Source of the DNA: an uncultured Aliarcobacter sp.
GTDB taxonomy: Bacteria > Campylobacterota > Campylobacteria > Campylobacterales > Arcobacteraceae
Length of the DNA: 64,000 bases
Direction: 5' to 3'
Assembly: GCA_963677435.1 (NCBI GenBank)
Contig: OY781945.1
Location: forward strand, 2,080,001 to 2,144,000
Shown here: piece after piece, positions 39,280 through 50,521 of the stretch
How the letters are laid out: each line of letters begins with the position of its first letter
How positions within the stretch are numbered: the first letter of the stretch is position 1
The notes under the pieces: model-generated
Database searches by the model: none
Seen by the model: the letters and a program-made list of their open reading frames with translations, nothing else
What the model was told of the DNA's origin: nothing
Program-made: the position numbers and the translations under genes

Positions 39280-39933
39280 ATGAAAAAATTAAAGTTTTTA
39301 AATGTTTGCTATGATACAAAAAATATTGATAAAAAATTTAGTGAATATTTTTCTTCACATATAAATAATTTTTTTACATATGAACACAAAGATGAATTAA
39401 TCGAACTTATAAATACTAAAGATATTCATTTTATAATTACAAGATATGATTTTGAGTTATTAAAAACTATTAGAAGCTTAAATAAACAAATACAAATTAT
39501 TGCTATTTTAGATGAATATAATCATACACATTTATTAGAAAGTTTAGAACTTAAATATGTAAAATTTATACAAAATTTAGAGTGTATAAATATATTTATA
39601 GATGCCCTTAAAGATTGTGTAAAAAATCTAGATTCAAATAAATCTAATATTATGGATATAGGAAATGGCTTTATTTATGATAACTATAATAAATCTTTAT
39701 TTAAAGATAACAAACTTATTTCATTAACAAATAAAGAACTTCTATTTTTAGATTTTTTATTAAAAAATCATAACTGCTCATTAAGTTATGAAGATATAAA
39801 TACAAATGTTTGGAATGGTGTAATGACTCAAGATTCTTTAAGATCTTTAGTAAAAGAATTAAGAAAAAAAACATATAAAGAGCTTATAAAAAATGTCTCT
39901 GGTATAGGGTATAGAATAGATATTCAAATATGA
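39280..39933 (+). CDS. OmpR-type winged-helix regulator with degenerate receiver
   Basis: C-terminal LTNKE...LRSLVKELRKK...NVSGIGY. The receiver lacks the canonical phospho-Asp (FIITRYD). Confidence 0.8.
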   Translation: MKKLKFLNVCYDTKNIDKKFSEYFSSHINNFFTYEHKDELIELINTKDIHFIITRYDFELLKTIRSLNKQIQIIAILDEYNHTHLLESLELKYVKFIQNLECINIFIDALKDCVKNLDSNKSNIMDIGNGFIYDNYNKSLFKDNKLISLTNKELLFLDFLLKNHNCSLSYEDINTNVWNGVMTQDSLRSLVKELRKKTYKELIKNVSGIGYRIDIQI

Positions 39934-41702
39934 ATAATAAAATATCATTAAAATATATATTAAACCTACTTTTAGATAATAAAAAATCACTTATACTAGG
40001 TCAAATACTAACAATTATTGCCATACTTGTGAGTGTTCCAATTCCTTTACTTTTACCTTTATTAGTTGATGAAGTTTTACTAAAAAAACCTGATTTTTTT
40101 GTAAATAATATAGATAAATTTCTAGGAAGTGGAAGTGCATTTTATTATATTGCACTTGTTACTTTTATTGTTTTATTTCTTAGAATAATCTATTTTCTTT
40201 TTAGTGTACTAATCACAAAGATATTTACAAAAATATCAAAATATGTAACATTTAAAATAAGAGAAAAACTTTTAAATCATCTTGAACTTGTAAATATGAA
40301 TGAATATGAGAGTTTAGGTTCTGGCTCAATTGGAGCAAATTTAGTTACAGATGTTAATACTTTAGATAATTTCATTGTTACCATTGCGAGTAAGTTTATA
40401 GCTTCTATTTTAACTTTAATCGCAGTTGCAATTGTAATAATAACAATAGATCCAATTTTAGGGCTTATGATTTTATTTATTCAGCCGATAATTATGATTC
40501 TTTCTAAAAAAATTTCTAAAAAAACAGGTGTTTTAAAAAAAGAAGAAAATAAAGCAATAGAAGAGTTTCAAAATAATATAAATGAAACCTTAGATTTATT
40601 TGGTCAAATAAAAGCAAGTAATAAAGAAGAATTCTTTTTTAAAGACTCTATAAGCAAAGCCAAAAATATCCAAAAAACCTCAAATGAATTCAACTATAAA
40701 AGTGTTGCTTATGAAAGATTTTCTTTTACAATTTTTTTAATAGCTTTTGAGATTTTTAGAGCAGCTGGACTTTTACTTGTGGCGTATAGTGATTTATCTA
40801 TTGGTTTAATGTTTGCTATGTTTGGATATATTTGGTTTATCATGACTCCTGTTCAAGATATTTTAACTATTCAATATGCATATTCAAGTGCTAGTGCTGC
40901 AATAACTAGAATAAATAAGATTTTAGATTTAAAACAAGAAAAAAATGGAACTTTAAAATTAGATTCAAACTCTAAAAAAGTTGATATTTCTTTGAAAAAT
41001 CTAAGTTTTTATTATAATGAAGATAAAGAAGTATTAAAAAATATATCTTTTGATATTAAATCAGGTGAAAAAGTAGCAATTATTGGTGCAAGTGGAAGTG
41101 GAAAAACTACAATTGCAAATATAATTTCTGGCTTTTATGCGAAAAATTCTGGAGATATTTTTTATAATAATATTAGTATTGAAGATTTAAATAAGCAAAG
41201 TCTTAGAGAAAATATCTTTTTAGTTTTGCAAATGCCTATTTTGTTTAATAATAGTTTACGATTTAACATCACAATGGGAAATGAAAATGTTAGTGATGAA
41301 GAAATTTACAAAGCTTTACAAATTGCACAACTTTTTAAAACGGTAGAAGATATGCCTAATAAACTTGATACTATTGTGGGAAAACATGGTATTAGACTAA
41401 GTGGTGGTCAAAGACAAAGATTATCAATAGCAAGAATGATTATAGCAAATCCTGCTATTGTAATATTTGATGAGTCAACATCAGCTTTAGATGTTCATAC
41501 AGAAGTTAAACTATTTACTGAATTAGAAGAGTTCTTAAAAGAAAAAACTGTTATAACAATAGCCCACAGATTAAGTACAGTAAAAAATGCTGATATGATT
41601 TATGTAATAGATGATGGTAAAGTAGTACAAAGAGGGAATCATAAAGATTTAGAAGAACAAGAGGGACACTACTTAGAGTTTGTAAAGAAACAGTTAATTT
41701 AA
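39930..41702 (+). CDS. ABC exporter, fused permease/ATPase
   Basis: TM domain plus GASGSGKT, LSGGQRQR, FDESTSALD and IAHRL. Confidence 0.94.
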   Translation: MNNKISLKYILNLLLDNKKSLILGQILTIIAILVSVPIPLLLPLLVDEVLLKKPDFFVNNIDKFLGSGSAFYYIALVTFIVLFLRIIYFLFSVLITKIFTKISKYVTFKIREKLLNHLELVNMNEYESLGSGSIGANLVTDVNTLDNFIVTIASKFIASILTLIAVAIVIITIDPILGLMILFIQPIIMILSKKISKKTGVLKKEENKAIEEFQNNINETLDLFGQIKASNKEEFFFKDSISKAKNIQKTSNEFNYKSVAYERFSFTIFLIAFEIFRAAGLLLVAYSDLSIGLMFAMFGYIWFIMTPVQDILTIQYAYSSASAAITRINKILDLKQEKNGTLKLDSNSKKVDISLKNLSFYYNEDKEVLKNISFDIKSGEKVAIIGASGSGKTTIANIISGFYAKNSGDIFYNNISIEDLNKQSLRENIFLVLQMPILFNNSLRFNITMGNENVSDEEIYKALQIAQLFKTVEDMPNKLDTIVGKHGIRLSGGQRQRLSIARMIIANPAIVIFDESTSALDVHTEVKLFTELEEFLKEKTVITIAHRLSTVKNADMIYVIDDGKVVQRGNHKDLEEQEGHYLEFVKKQLI

Positions 41703-41745
41703 CTTTTTTTAACTATAATTAAAATAAAAATTTTAAAGGATTTTT

Positions 41746-42798
41746 TTGATAGATTCATTCAATTTAAAAAATTATTTCTTCTATTTTGCAAGTTTTATTG
41801 TAATAATAGCGGGAATAAAAATGGCAAGTGAAGTAGTAGTAATACTTTTTTTAGCAATCTTTATATCTTCGATATTCTCAACACTTCTTAATGTTTTAGC
41901 AAAAAAAAATATACCAAGAATTATTTCTTATTTTCTAATATTATTGATTGTAGTTTTTATTAGTTTTATGTTTGCCTATGTAATAAATATATCTTTAAAT
42001 GATTTTGTAGAAAATTTACCTGCATATGAAGAAAAATTTAAAAATCTTATTATAAATTCAATACATTTTGCCCAAGTATCAGGTTTTGAAATAGATAAAC
42101 AAAAGATATTAAATACTCTAAGTTTTAGCTCATTCTTTGGTTATACGACAAATATTATAGGAAGTATTGGTACATTTTTATCTAAGTTTTTACTTGTAAT
42201 TATTGGAGTTGCTTTTATCTTAGCTGAATCAAAATCTTTTCAAACAAAGTTAAAAGTAATCTTTAGAAATAATGCTAGAAAACTAGAGCACTTTAATCTA
42301 TTTTCATACAATATTCAAAGATATTTTGTAGTTAAATCATTTACAAGTTTTTTAACTGGATTTATAATAGCAATTGTTTTATCATTTTTTGGAGTTGATT
42401 ATCCAATATTATGGGGAGTAATTGCAATGTTATTTAACTTTGTTCCTGTTGTTGGATCAATTATTGCTTCAATTCCAGCTATTTTATTAGCTTTAATGAA
42501 TTTGCCTTTAAGTATTACTATTTGGGTTATAGTTTTATATGTTGTAATAAATATTTCAATAAGTAATATTTTAGAGCCAAAACTTATGGGAAAAGAGTTA
42601 GGACTTTCACCTTTAGTTATCTTTTTTTCACTGATTTTCTGGGGTTATATTTTGGGGATTGTTGGAATGTTTTTAGCAGTTCCAATTACTATGACTTTAA
42701 AAATTGCCTTTGATTCAAATACAAGTAGTCATTGGATTGGGATTTTAATGTCTGATTTATCAAGAAAAAGAGATAAAAGTAAAGAGGTTTTAAACTAA
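41746..42798 (+). CDS. AI-2E family transporter
   Basis: FNFVPVVGS, NILEPKLMG-x-x-LGLSP and GMFLAVP. Confidence 0.9.
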   Translation: MIDSFNLKNYFFYFASFIVIIAGIKMASEVVVILFLAIFISSIFSTLLNVLAKKNIPRIISYFLILLIVVFISFMFAYVINISLNDFVENLPAYEEKFKNLIINSIHFAQVSGFEIDKQKILNTLSFSSFFGYTTNIIGSIGTFLSKFLLVIIGVAFILAESKSFQTKLKVIFRNNARKLEHFNLFSYNIQRYFVVKSFTSFLTGFIIAIVLSFFGVDYPILWGVIAMLFNFVPVVGSIIASIPAILLALMNLPLSITIWVIVLYVVINISISNILEPKLMGKELGLSPLVIFFSLIFWGYILGIVGMFLAVPITMTLKIAFDSNTSSHWIGILMSDLSRKRDKSKEVLN

Positions 42799-42807
42799 AA
42801 CCTCTTT
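42781..42807. terminator. Bidirectional intrinsic terminator
   Basis: AAAGAGGTTTTA-AAC-TAAAACCTCTTT. Confidence 0.75.
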
Positions 42808-42824
42808 TTCAATTTAGAATTTGA

Positions 42825-43922
42825 TTAATATTTACTCATCATTTTATCAATTCTCTCATTTGCTTTTACTATTTGATCTAAAGAAATCTCTTCACTTAAA
42901 ACCAATGAATAAGCTGTATCAACTATTTGTTTTAATGTTATTGGTTTTGCTAATTGATTTGCGTATAAAAGCATACTTACACCTGAATTTATAGCTAAAG
43001 TTAAAGTCTGTTTTAAATCATAATGTTTTGAAATAGCATACATTTGTAAATCATCACTTACTAAAACTCCATTAAAAGCTAACTTATCTCTTAATAATTT
43101 TGTATTAATTTCATAAGACAGAGTTGCTGGATACTCTTCATCTAAATTTTTATTGTAAACATGAGCTGTCATGATCATATCAACTTTATTGTTTTTAATA
43201 AAATATTTATATGGTTCTAACTCTTTTTCACTCCAAGTATTTGTAATATCAACAAAACCTAAGTGAGAATCACCTAAAGATGAGCCATGTCCTGGGAAGT
43301 GTTTTAAAACAGAAATAACATGTTGTTTTTTTAGTTCATCTACAAATATAGAAGAGTATTTTATAACCTCTTTTGATGATTCACCAAATGATCTTCCTCG
43401 TGTTACAATTACTTTATTTTGTTTATTTATTGCTAAATCTACAACTGGTGCAAAATCTGCATTTATTCCTGATTCATTTAAATCTTTTGCTAACAATTTA
43501 TATGTTTGTTTAGCAAAATCTTCACCTTTTGAAGCCACATCAATAGCTTTTGGCGTATTTACAAAACCATCACTACTTTTTAATCGTTGAACAATTCCAC
43601 CCTCTTGATCAATTCCAATAAATAGTTTTTGTTTTGAAATAGCTTGTAATGAAGATGTTAATTTTTTTAACTGCTCTTTATTTCTTACATTTTTTACTTT
43701 TTTCTTGTCATTTGGATCTTTATCAAATAAGATAACTCCACCTAAACCTGCTTTTATGTTTTTATAAATTTCATCATTTTGATTTACATTTTCACCCTTA
43801 AAACCTAAAATCACCATTTTTGAAATCATTCTTTCAATCTCTTGTTTTGTATAACCTTCATTTGCTAATAAACTATTAGCTAGTGAAAATAGTAAAAAGG
43901 CTACAACTAAAATTTTCTGCAT
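42825..43922 (-). CDS. nagZ: GH3 beta-N-acetylhexosaminidase, exported
   Basis: IDQEGG-x-VQR, KHFPGHG-x-x-x-x-DSH and SDDL-x-M. Signal peptide from the ATG at 43922. Confidence 0.85.
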   Translation of the reverse strand: MQKILVVAFLLFSLANSLLANEGYTKQEIERMISKMVILGFKGENVNQNDEIYKNIKAGLGGVILFDKDPNDKKKVKNVRNKEQLKKLTSSLQAISKQKLFIGIDQEGGIVQRLKSSDGFVNTPKAIDVASKGEDFAKQTYKLLAKDLNESGINADFAPVVDLAINKQNKVIVTRGRSFGESSKEVIKYSSIFVDELKKQHVISVLKHFPGHGSSLGDSHLGFVDITNTWSEKELEPYKYFIKNNKVDMIMTAHVYNKNLDEEYPATLSYEINTKLLRDKLAFNGVLVSDDLQMYAISKHYDLKQTLTLAINSGVSMLLYANQLAKPITLKQIVDTAYSLVLSEEISLDQIVKANERIDKMMSKY

Positions 43923-43941
43923 ATACACTCTTTTTTTTAAT

Positions 43942-44358
43942 TTAATCTTCATCTGTTTTTTTTAGTACATTTCTTTGCGATGTAATAATTGATAAATATC
44001 TTACAAGTAATAAAAATATAATAACTCCTGATAAAATCAAAAGATTAAAATTTATTGGACTTGAAAATATTGCACTTAAGCTAGCTAAATCTTCTTTATT
44101 TACCTTTACAACATTTACAATAAACTCTCTTAAAGCTAAAATAATAAAAGCATCAACAAGTAGTGTCATAGTAACACGCTGTTCTCTGACATAATTTACT
44201 ACGGCTCGTACAATTTCCAAAAAAATCACAAAATAAAGCATATAAATAATAAAATCCATAAGTTTATCCATAGCAAGTGCAATCAAAAATAGTGCAGAGG
44301 TAATTGATAACTCTATATATAACTTATCTGAAAAGAAATTTACCAAAGTTTTTTTCAT
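43942..44358 (-). CDS. PsiE-like membrane protein
   Basis: Four TM helices with FLEIVRAV-x-x-Y...DAFIILALRE. Start moved to the ATG at 44358, after a GGAG RBS. Confidence 0.7.
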   Translation of the reverse strand: MKKTLVNFFSDKLYIELSITSALFLIALAMDKLMDFIIYMLYFVIFLEIVRAVVNYVREQRVTMTLLVDAFIILALREFIVNVVKVNKEDLASLSAIFSSPINFNLLILSGVIIFLLLVRYLSIITSQRNVLKKTDED

Positions 44359-44369
44359 AAATACTCCTT

Positions 44370-45224
44370 CTAAATTTTTGCGTTTATATTCATCCATTCT
44401 TTTGGTAATTGCCCTATTTCATTATTTGCCATAAATATTATAGTTGCTATCATTGCTCTGGCACTTGTATCTCCACCAGCTTTTGAGTTTGCAATTAACA
44501 TCTCTTTTAAATTGTCATATTTTGTTAGAAGATAAATAACTCCACTAAAACCATCATTTATACCACAAGCTGGACCAAAGTCTCTAATTGCTGTAAAAGT
44601 ATCTTTTTCTTTTGAATTTAAAGCATTTTCAATCATATTCTTTAAATGCTCATTACACTCATTTTTTAATTTTAAAATCGATTCTTTTATATCATTTTTT
44701 TCTAAAACTAAAATTAATAATTTTGCAAAAAAATCAGCACACTCTTTTGCAAGGGTACTATTATGAGTGATACTTACAAACTTTTCTACATTTTTTAAAA
44801 ACTCTTCTTTTGTTTTTGAAACTTTTAAAAGTGGAGCAATTCTGCCAACTATTGATAAATCTGTAGAAGTTGAACCGCTTGGTGATATTTTCTCTTCAAT
44901 ATTTGAAACTGTATTTCTTGAAGCACCATCAATATAACCTGTATAATCTTTCATTTTTTTATACCAAAAATCTCTAAAAGCTTCTTCATCAAAACTATCT
45001 TTATCTTTTAAAAACTCATATAACCATAAAGTTTGGTCACCATAATGGGTAAAATCACCTGATACTTTTCCTTTATGCCACATAGCTAAGGGTGTATTTA
45101 AACCATTCCAATCAATTGAATTATTAACTAATTGTTGTTCATCATAAACCCAATGAGTTCCTAAACAATATGAATCAACAACTAAGGCACTTGTAACTAA
45201 ATCTTTTATTTTTTCTTCGAACAT
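44370..45224 (-). CDS. ADP-ribosylglycohydrolase family protein
   Basis: DSYCLG-x-HWVYD, GDFTHYGDQ, ITH and AGGDTSARA. Confidence 0.82.
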   Translation of the reverse strand: MFEEKIKDLVTSALVVDSYCLGTHWVYDEQQLVNNSIDWNGLNTPLAMWHKGKVSGDFTHYGDQTLWLYEFLKDKDSFDEEAFRDFWYKKMKDYTGYIDGASRNTVSNIEEKISPSGSTSTDLSIVGRIAPLLKVSKTKEEFLKNVEKFVSITHNSTLAKECADFFAKLLILVLEKNDIKESILKLKNECNEHLKNMIENALNSKEKDTFTAIRDFGPACGINDGFSGVIYLLTKYDNLKEMLIANSKAGGDTSARAMIATIIFMANNEIGQLPKEWMNINAKI

Positions 45225-45233
45225 TTTAATCTC

Positions 45234-45500
45234 CTATTTATTCCAGTTTTTATAATTTGTAAATGAGGGAAATTGATGTTTAAATTCATCTTTATCAAAT
45301 GAAAAATAGTATGAATCCATGTATGCACATAATAAATCATAATTCTTTTTCAATTCCAAAAACTTTTCTTCACTTCCCGTTTCCATATCTGGATGGTATT
45401 TTTTTGATAACTTTAGATATTTCTTTTTTAAATCTTTTCTTGAAACTCTTGTTAATATTCCAAACATATCAACAGCTTTTTCAAACTCTTCATATTCCAT
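45234..45500 (-). CDS. Small DnaJ (J-domain) protein
   Basis: LKKKYLKLSKKYHPD. Start moved to the ATG at 45500 (AAGGA RBS). Confidence 0.85.
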   Translation of the reverse strand: MEYEEFEKAVDMFGILTRVSRKDLKKKYLKLSKKYHPDMETGSEEKFLELKKNYDLLCAYMDSYYFSFDKDEFKHQFPSFTNYKNWNK

Positions 45501-45619
45501 AAAAATCCTTTTTAACTCTTTTGTATTGTACACAAAAAAATTTAATATCAATTTAGATATATTTTATTGCAATAATGATAGTCTAAATAAAAATATCAAT
45601 AAACTAAAAAAGGAAATCC

Positions 45620-46252
45620 ATGATTTATACTTTATATTATGTACATGACCCTATGTGTTCATGGTGTTATGCTTTTAAACCTACATTTAATGAATTAAAA
45701 AAACACTTATCTTCAAATATAGAAATTGTAAATGTGGTGGGAGGTTTAGCAAAACATAGCGATGAAGTTATGCCAAAAGATATGCAAGAAAAAATAGAAA
45801 ACATTTGGCATGAGATACAAAATGTCACTGGAGTAAAATTCAACTACGATTTTTGGAAAAATTGCCAACCAAGACGATCAACTTATCTTGCTTGTCAGGC
45901 AACAATGCTTGCTCGAGCTCAGAATAAAGAAGATGAAATGATAGAAGCAATTCAAGAAGCTTATTATCTAAAAGCTAAAAATCCAAGTGATGCTTCAACA
46001 CTTATAGAACTTGCAGAAAATATTGCAATGGATGAAAAAAAATTTGAAGAAGATTTAAAATCACAAAAAATTGAAGATGATTTACAAAATGAATTAAATT
46101 TTAGGCGTTTACTAAATGTAAGAAGTTTTCCCTCTTTACTTTTAAAATATAAAGAAAATTTATATCCTATAAATATAAAATACAATGATTATGAATCTAT
46201 GTTAAATCAGATAAATAATATTGTTAAAATAGCAGTTTTTAGTGAAAAGTGA
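45620..46252 (+). CDS. DsbA-family thioredoxin-fold protein
   Basis: DPMCSWCY, GGL, RRSTY-x-AC and cis-Pro FPSL. Confidence 0.88.
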   Translation: MIYTLYYVHDPMCSWCYAFKPTFNELKKHLSSNIEIVNVVGGLAKHSDEVMPKDMQEKIENIWHEIQNVTGVKFNYDFWKNCQPRRSTYLACQATMLARAQNKEDEMIEAIQEAYYLKAKNPSDASTLIELAENIAMDEKKFEEDLKSQKIEDDLQNELNFRRLLNVRSFPSLLLKYKENLYPINIKYNDYESMLNQINNIVKIAVFSEK

Positions 46253-46276
46253 GAAGATTTAAAATCTTCTCACTTT
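46246..46276. terminator. Bidirectional intrinsic terminator
   Basis: AAAGTGAGAAGATTT-A-AAATCTTCTCACTTT. Confidence 0.8.
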
Positions 46277-46278
46277 AT

Positions 46279-47970
46279 TTATTTCATTAAAGGATCAGTT
46301 AATCCTAAGAAATACATTCCAATAAGACCAATAAATCCAGCAACCAAACAATAATAAATTGTTGGGATAATAGTTTTTCTTAAAGTTTCACCCTCTTGAT
46401 CTAATAATCCAACAGTAGCAGAAGCTGCAACAACATTATGAATGGCAATCATATTACCAGCAGCAGCTCCCACTGCTTGAAGAGCAATCATAAATGCTGT
46501 AGATACACCTAATGCATCTGCAACACCAAACTGAAATTGTGATAACATCATATTTGAAACTGTATTACTTCCTGCAATAAATGCTCCTAAAGCTCCAACA
46601 ATTGGAGCAAATAATGGATAAATATCTCCCACAGAATGAGCAACAAAGTTTGCCATTGCAATTGGCATTGAATCAAATCCTGAAGCATTAATACCTGAAT
46701 TAATTAAAATTCTAACAAGAGGAATTGTAAATATAAGTACAAATCCTGCTCCAAGCATAACTTTTGAAGACTCACTAAAAGCCTCTTTTAACTCTTTACC
46801 TTCCATTTTATGTAAGAAATAAGTGATTAATGCTACAAAAACTAAAATTCCACCTGGTAAATATAAAGGTGCCATAGTAAAGTTTAATCCCTCACCTAAA
46901 ATATTTTTGTATGAAAATGCCAATGAAGTTGTAAATGCTTTTGCTTCTGAGCTTACTCTTGTTAATACTAAAATAAGTGCAACTAATACATAAGGAATCC
47001 AAGCTTTTGTTAAAGACATAGGAACTTTTGCAGTCATTGCATCAAATTTCATTTCAAATTTAGAAACCCAAGCTACTGGCCATTTTTCTCTTGGAGCAAA
47101 ATCCCAAGTTTTTTTAGGAATTAAAAATCCTTTTTTTGCAGCAAAAACAACTATTGGAAGACCAACTAATGCACCAACTAAAGATGGGAACTCTGCACCT
47201 AAAAATATACCTGTTAATGCATAAGGAATAGTAAAAGCAATTCCACCAAAAATAGCAAATGGTAATATTGATAAACCTTCGCTCCAAGATTTATTTTCAC
47301 CAAAGAATCTTGTAAGCATTACAATCATAAATAAAGGAATAAATGTTCCTGTAATTGCATGAGTAATTGCAACTTCTGATGTAATTACTTGTAAATATAC
47401 ATCCCACGATGAACCTAAATTTTCAAGAGTTGCACCAATTCCTGCTGAATCTAAACCTTTATTAACTCCGATTAAAATTGGAGTTCCAACAGCACCAAAA
47501 GAAACAGGTGTACTTTGAATCATCATTCCAACCATAACAGCGGCCATTGCTGGAAAACCAATAGCAACAAGTAAAGGAGCAGCAATTGCAGCTGGTGTTC
47601 CAAATCCTGAAGCACCCTCAATGAATGAGCCAAATAACCAAGCAACTATAATAACTTGAACTCTTCTGTCTGAGCTAATATTATTAAAACCTTCTCTAAT
47701 TACAATAATTGCACCTGAATGTTTTAGAGTATTTAAAAGTAAAATTGCTCCAAAAATAATCCATAAAACAGAAACTGTAATTAATACTCCCTCAATTGTA
47801 GAAGCTAAAACTCTACTAAATGATACTTCCCAAATCACAAGTGCTACTGCAACTGTTGATATATAAACTAATGGCATTGCTTTTTTTGCAGAAATCCTAA
47901 GACCTACTAATAAAATACCCGCGAATATAATTGGTATAACCGCAAAAAATGCTTGAAGACCTAACCCCAT
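46279..47970 (-). CDS. lctP: L-lactate permease
   Basis: [36 protein letters not shown] and GAAAGNM. Confidence 0.93.
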   Translation of the reverse strand: MGLGLQAFFAVIPIIFAGILLVGLRISAKKAMPLVYISTVAVALVIWEVSFSRVLASTIEGVLITVSVLWIIFGAILLLNTLKHSGAIIVIREGFNNISSDRRVQVIIVAWLFGSFIEGASGFGTPAAIAAPLLVAIGFPAMAAVMVGMMIQSTPVSFGAVGTPILIGVNKGLDSAGIGATLENLGSSWDVYLQVITSEVAITHAITGTFIPLFMIVMLTRFFGENKSWSEGLSILPFAIFGGIAFTIPYALTGIFLGAEFPSLVGALVGLPIVVFAAKKGFLIPKKTWDFAPREKWPVAWVSKFEMKFDAMTAKVPMSLTKAWIPYVLVALILVLTRVSSEAKAFTTSLAFSYKNILGEGLNFTMAPLYLPGGILVFVALITYFLHKMEGKELKEAFSESSKVMLGAGFVLIFTIPLVRILINSGINASGFDSMPIAMANFVAHSVGDIYPLFAPIVGALGAFIAGSNTVSNMMLSQFQFGVADALGVSTAFMIALQAVGAAAGNMIAIHNVVAASATVGLLDQEGETLRKTIIPTIYYCLVAGFIGLIGMYFLGLTDPLMK

Positions 47971-48014
47971 TTAATTTCCTCCTATAAAAAATTATAAAAA
48001 GAATAGTTATCCCA

Positions 48015-48059
48015 TATGATATTTTTATGATAAAAAAATCATAGCAATGAAATAGCAAT
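48015..48059 (-). promoter_or_regulatory. Two pairs of 11-bp-period direct repeats upstream of lctP
   Basis: TATGAT at 48015 and 48026; ATAGCAAT at 48041 and 48052. Confidence 0.4.
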
Positions 48060-48097
48060 AAATTATAGAAGAAATGATAATATTTGTAACATAATTG

Positions 48098-50509
48098 TTA
48101 TGATTTTTTAATAATAATTTTAAATTCTGCCCCTTTACACTCTTTATATTTGTATGTAAAATGCTTATTTGAAACAAAAATTTGACCTTTTAATTGTTTT
48201 GTAATAATTTCTTCACTCATATATAAACCAATTCCAGTACCTAAAGATTTATGTTTAGTTGTAAAATATGGTTCAAAGATATGTTCTATAACATCTTCAT
48301 CTATTCCACCAGCATTATCATATATTTCAATAATATTATTTTGACTATCTTGATAAAAATCTATAAATATGGCTTTATTTATAATATCTTTTTCTAAAAA
48401 TGCATCTTTTGCATTTATTAAAATATTTATCATTACTTGCAAAAATTGATTTCGAGTACCACATATATTAAAACTTTCTTCATTTACAAAAACTACATTT
48501 ATATTTTGTTTTACAAGTTCAGTTTTAATTAAATTTAAACTATTATTAATAGCTAATTTAACATCAAAATCAATTTTTTCAGAATCTTCTTTATAAAAAT
48601 TTCTAAAATCATCAATAGTATTTGATAAATATTTTGTTGAATTCAAAATCACATCTATAAACTCAATAATTTCTTCTTTTGAATATATTCCCTCTTGCTC
48701 ATATAGTTTTATTGCACTAGTTGAAGAACTAATTACACTTAAAGGTTGTCTCCATTGATGGGCAATATTTCCTATCATCTCACCCATAGATGAAAGTTTT
48801 GATTGTTGAAAGAGAAGTTTTTCTTTTTCATGTAAGAGTTTTTCTTGCTCTTTTTGTAAAGTAATATCAGAAAAAACTGCAATATAATTTGTTAATTTAT
48901 GTTCTTCATTATAAACAGCATTTATTTTTATTCTTTCTATATAAAAGCCTTCATTTTTATTTTTATTTGTTATTTCACCTTCCCAATAACCTATTTCATT
49001 TAGTTGAGTCCACATATTTTTATAAAAAACTTCATCTTGAATCCCTGATTTTAAGATTTTTGGATTTTTACCTAAAACTTCTTCTAAAGAGTAACCAGTA
49101 TTTTCTTCAAAGGCTTTATTTACATTTACAATGTTTATATTTTCATCTGTAACAACTATCCCATCATGGGCATTTGAAAAAACAATATGAGCATTTTTTA
49201 GCTCTTTTTCTCTTTGTTTTTTTAATGTAATATCCAATGCAATCATTACATATTCTATTTCTCCATCTATTTCAAAGGATGAAATAACCATCTCTAATAC
49301 TTTTTGTTTTCCATCTAATCCAAAGATATTCAATTCTCGTTGTACTTTTATGTTTTCTGAATAATCTTTTATTATATTTTTTAACCATAATTTTTCATTT
49401 TGAGGCCAACATGGATATTCCCAAATATTTTTATTAAAGAGCTTTTTATCAAAAAAAGTTGATTCAAAACTACTATTTATTTCTACAATTTTTCCATCTG
49501 AATTTATAATCAAAGCAAAAAAGCTACTTTGTTCAAATAAAATTTTAAATTTTTTATTTAATGAAAATTCTTTATTTACTTTTTTATTATAAGTGTATAA
49601 CCAAAATACAACAAGAATAATTGACAAAATCAACAAAGCAAAAATTGTTAATAACAAAGGTTGACTTTTCTCTTCCCATGTTAGTAATGTTTTATCAAAA
49701 TTTAATCTAACTATTACAACAAAAGGATAATTTGTAGTTGAATTAAAAGAAAGAATAGTTTTTTCATTATTCAAGTTAAAAATACCAGAATAAGAGTTCT
49801 TCTGTTTTATAAGATTTAATAAATTATCGCTTATATAATTATTCTTTCGTTCTGTAAAATCATTTGAAACTAATAAAGTTCCATCAATTTTTAGAATATC
49901 GATATAACAATGCTCAATATTTAAAAAATTATTGTATCTATTTAGTAAAAAATCTCCATTTACTGCAATTAAAACTTTTACTTTTTTATTTGCTAAACTT
50001 AATTCTTTTAAAATAGGAAAGAAATTAATATCCAAATCATTTTTTGAATATTCAATATCTTTTTCATCATAAAAATCTCTTCCTTCTTTTGTATTTCCAA
50101 CTCTTAAAATATTACTAGAATAAATTGGGACAGGATAAAAAGAATCTAAATTTATTAAGATATTATTGTTTAATTTATTCGAACTATATATAATTTCATT
50201 GTTTTCATCTAAAATATTTATTGATCTGATTTCTAAATTATCTTTTAATAATTCAGATAATTTTGAGTTAATAATCTCTTTATTTTGTTCATTTTCTAAA
50301 AATACAACTAGATTATCCGTTAATAAATTTATCGTATTTATACTTTTTGTTAAATTATCAACAAAAATACTAGAATATAATTGAACTAATTTTTGATTTG
50401 TTTTAATTGTTTCATCTTTTAAAACAGAAATTGATAAAAAAACTCCTGTTATTATAAGAGTAGTAATAAATAAACTAAAAAATAGTATTTTTACAACCGT
50501 AAATTTCAT
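48098..50509 (-). CDS. Sensor histidine kinase with periplasmic (Cache-like) domain and two PAS domains
   Basis: Two TM helices, PAS (VNKAFEENTGYS...GKNPKILKSG), NIAHQWRQPL, DNAGGI, FEPYFTTK and GTGIGL. Confidence 0.92.
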   Translation of the reverse strand: MKFTVVKILFFSLFITTLIITGVFLSISVLKDETIKTNQKLVQLYSSIFVDNLTKSINTINLLTDNLVVFLENEQNKEIINSKLSELLKDNLEIRSINILDENNEIIYSSNKLNNNILINLDSFYPVPIYSSNILRVGNTKEGRDFYDEKDIEYSKNDLDINFFPILKELSLANKKVKVLIAVNGDFLLNRYNNFLNIEHCYIDILKIDGTLLVSNDFTERKNNYISDNLLNLIKQKNSYSGIFNLNNEKTILSFNSTTNYPFVVIVRLNFDKTLLTWEEKSQPLLLTIFALLILSIILVVFWLYTYNKKVNKEFSLNKKFKILFEQSSFFALIINSDGKIVEINSSFESTFFDKKLFNKNIWEYPCWPQNEKLWLKNIIKDYSENIKVQRELNIFGLDGKQKVLEMVISSFEIDGEIEYVMIALDITLKKQREKELKNAHIVFSNAHDGIVVTDENINIVNVNKAFEENTGYSLEEVLGKNPKILKSGIQDEVFYKNMWTQLNEIGYWEGEITNKNKNEGFYIERIKINAVYNEEHKLTNYIAVFSDITLQKEQEKLLHEKEKLLFQQSKLSSMGEMIGNIAHQWRQPLSVISSSTSAIKLYEQEGIYSKEEIIEFIDVILNSTKYLSNTIDDFRNFYKEDSEKIDFDVKLAINNSLNLIKTELVKQNINVVFVNEESFNICGTRNQFLQVMINILINAKDAFLEKDIINKAIFIDFYQDSQNNIIEIYDNAGGIDEDVIEHIFEPYFTTKHKSLGTGIGLYMSEEIITKQLKGQIFVSNKHFTYKYKECKGAEFKIIIKKS

Positions 50510-50521
50510 AAAAATTTATAC

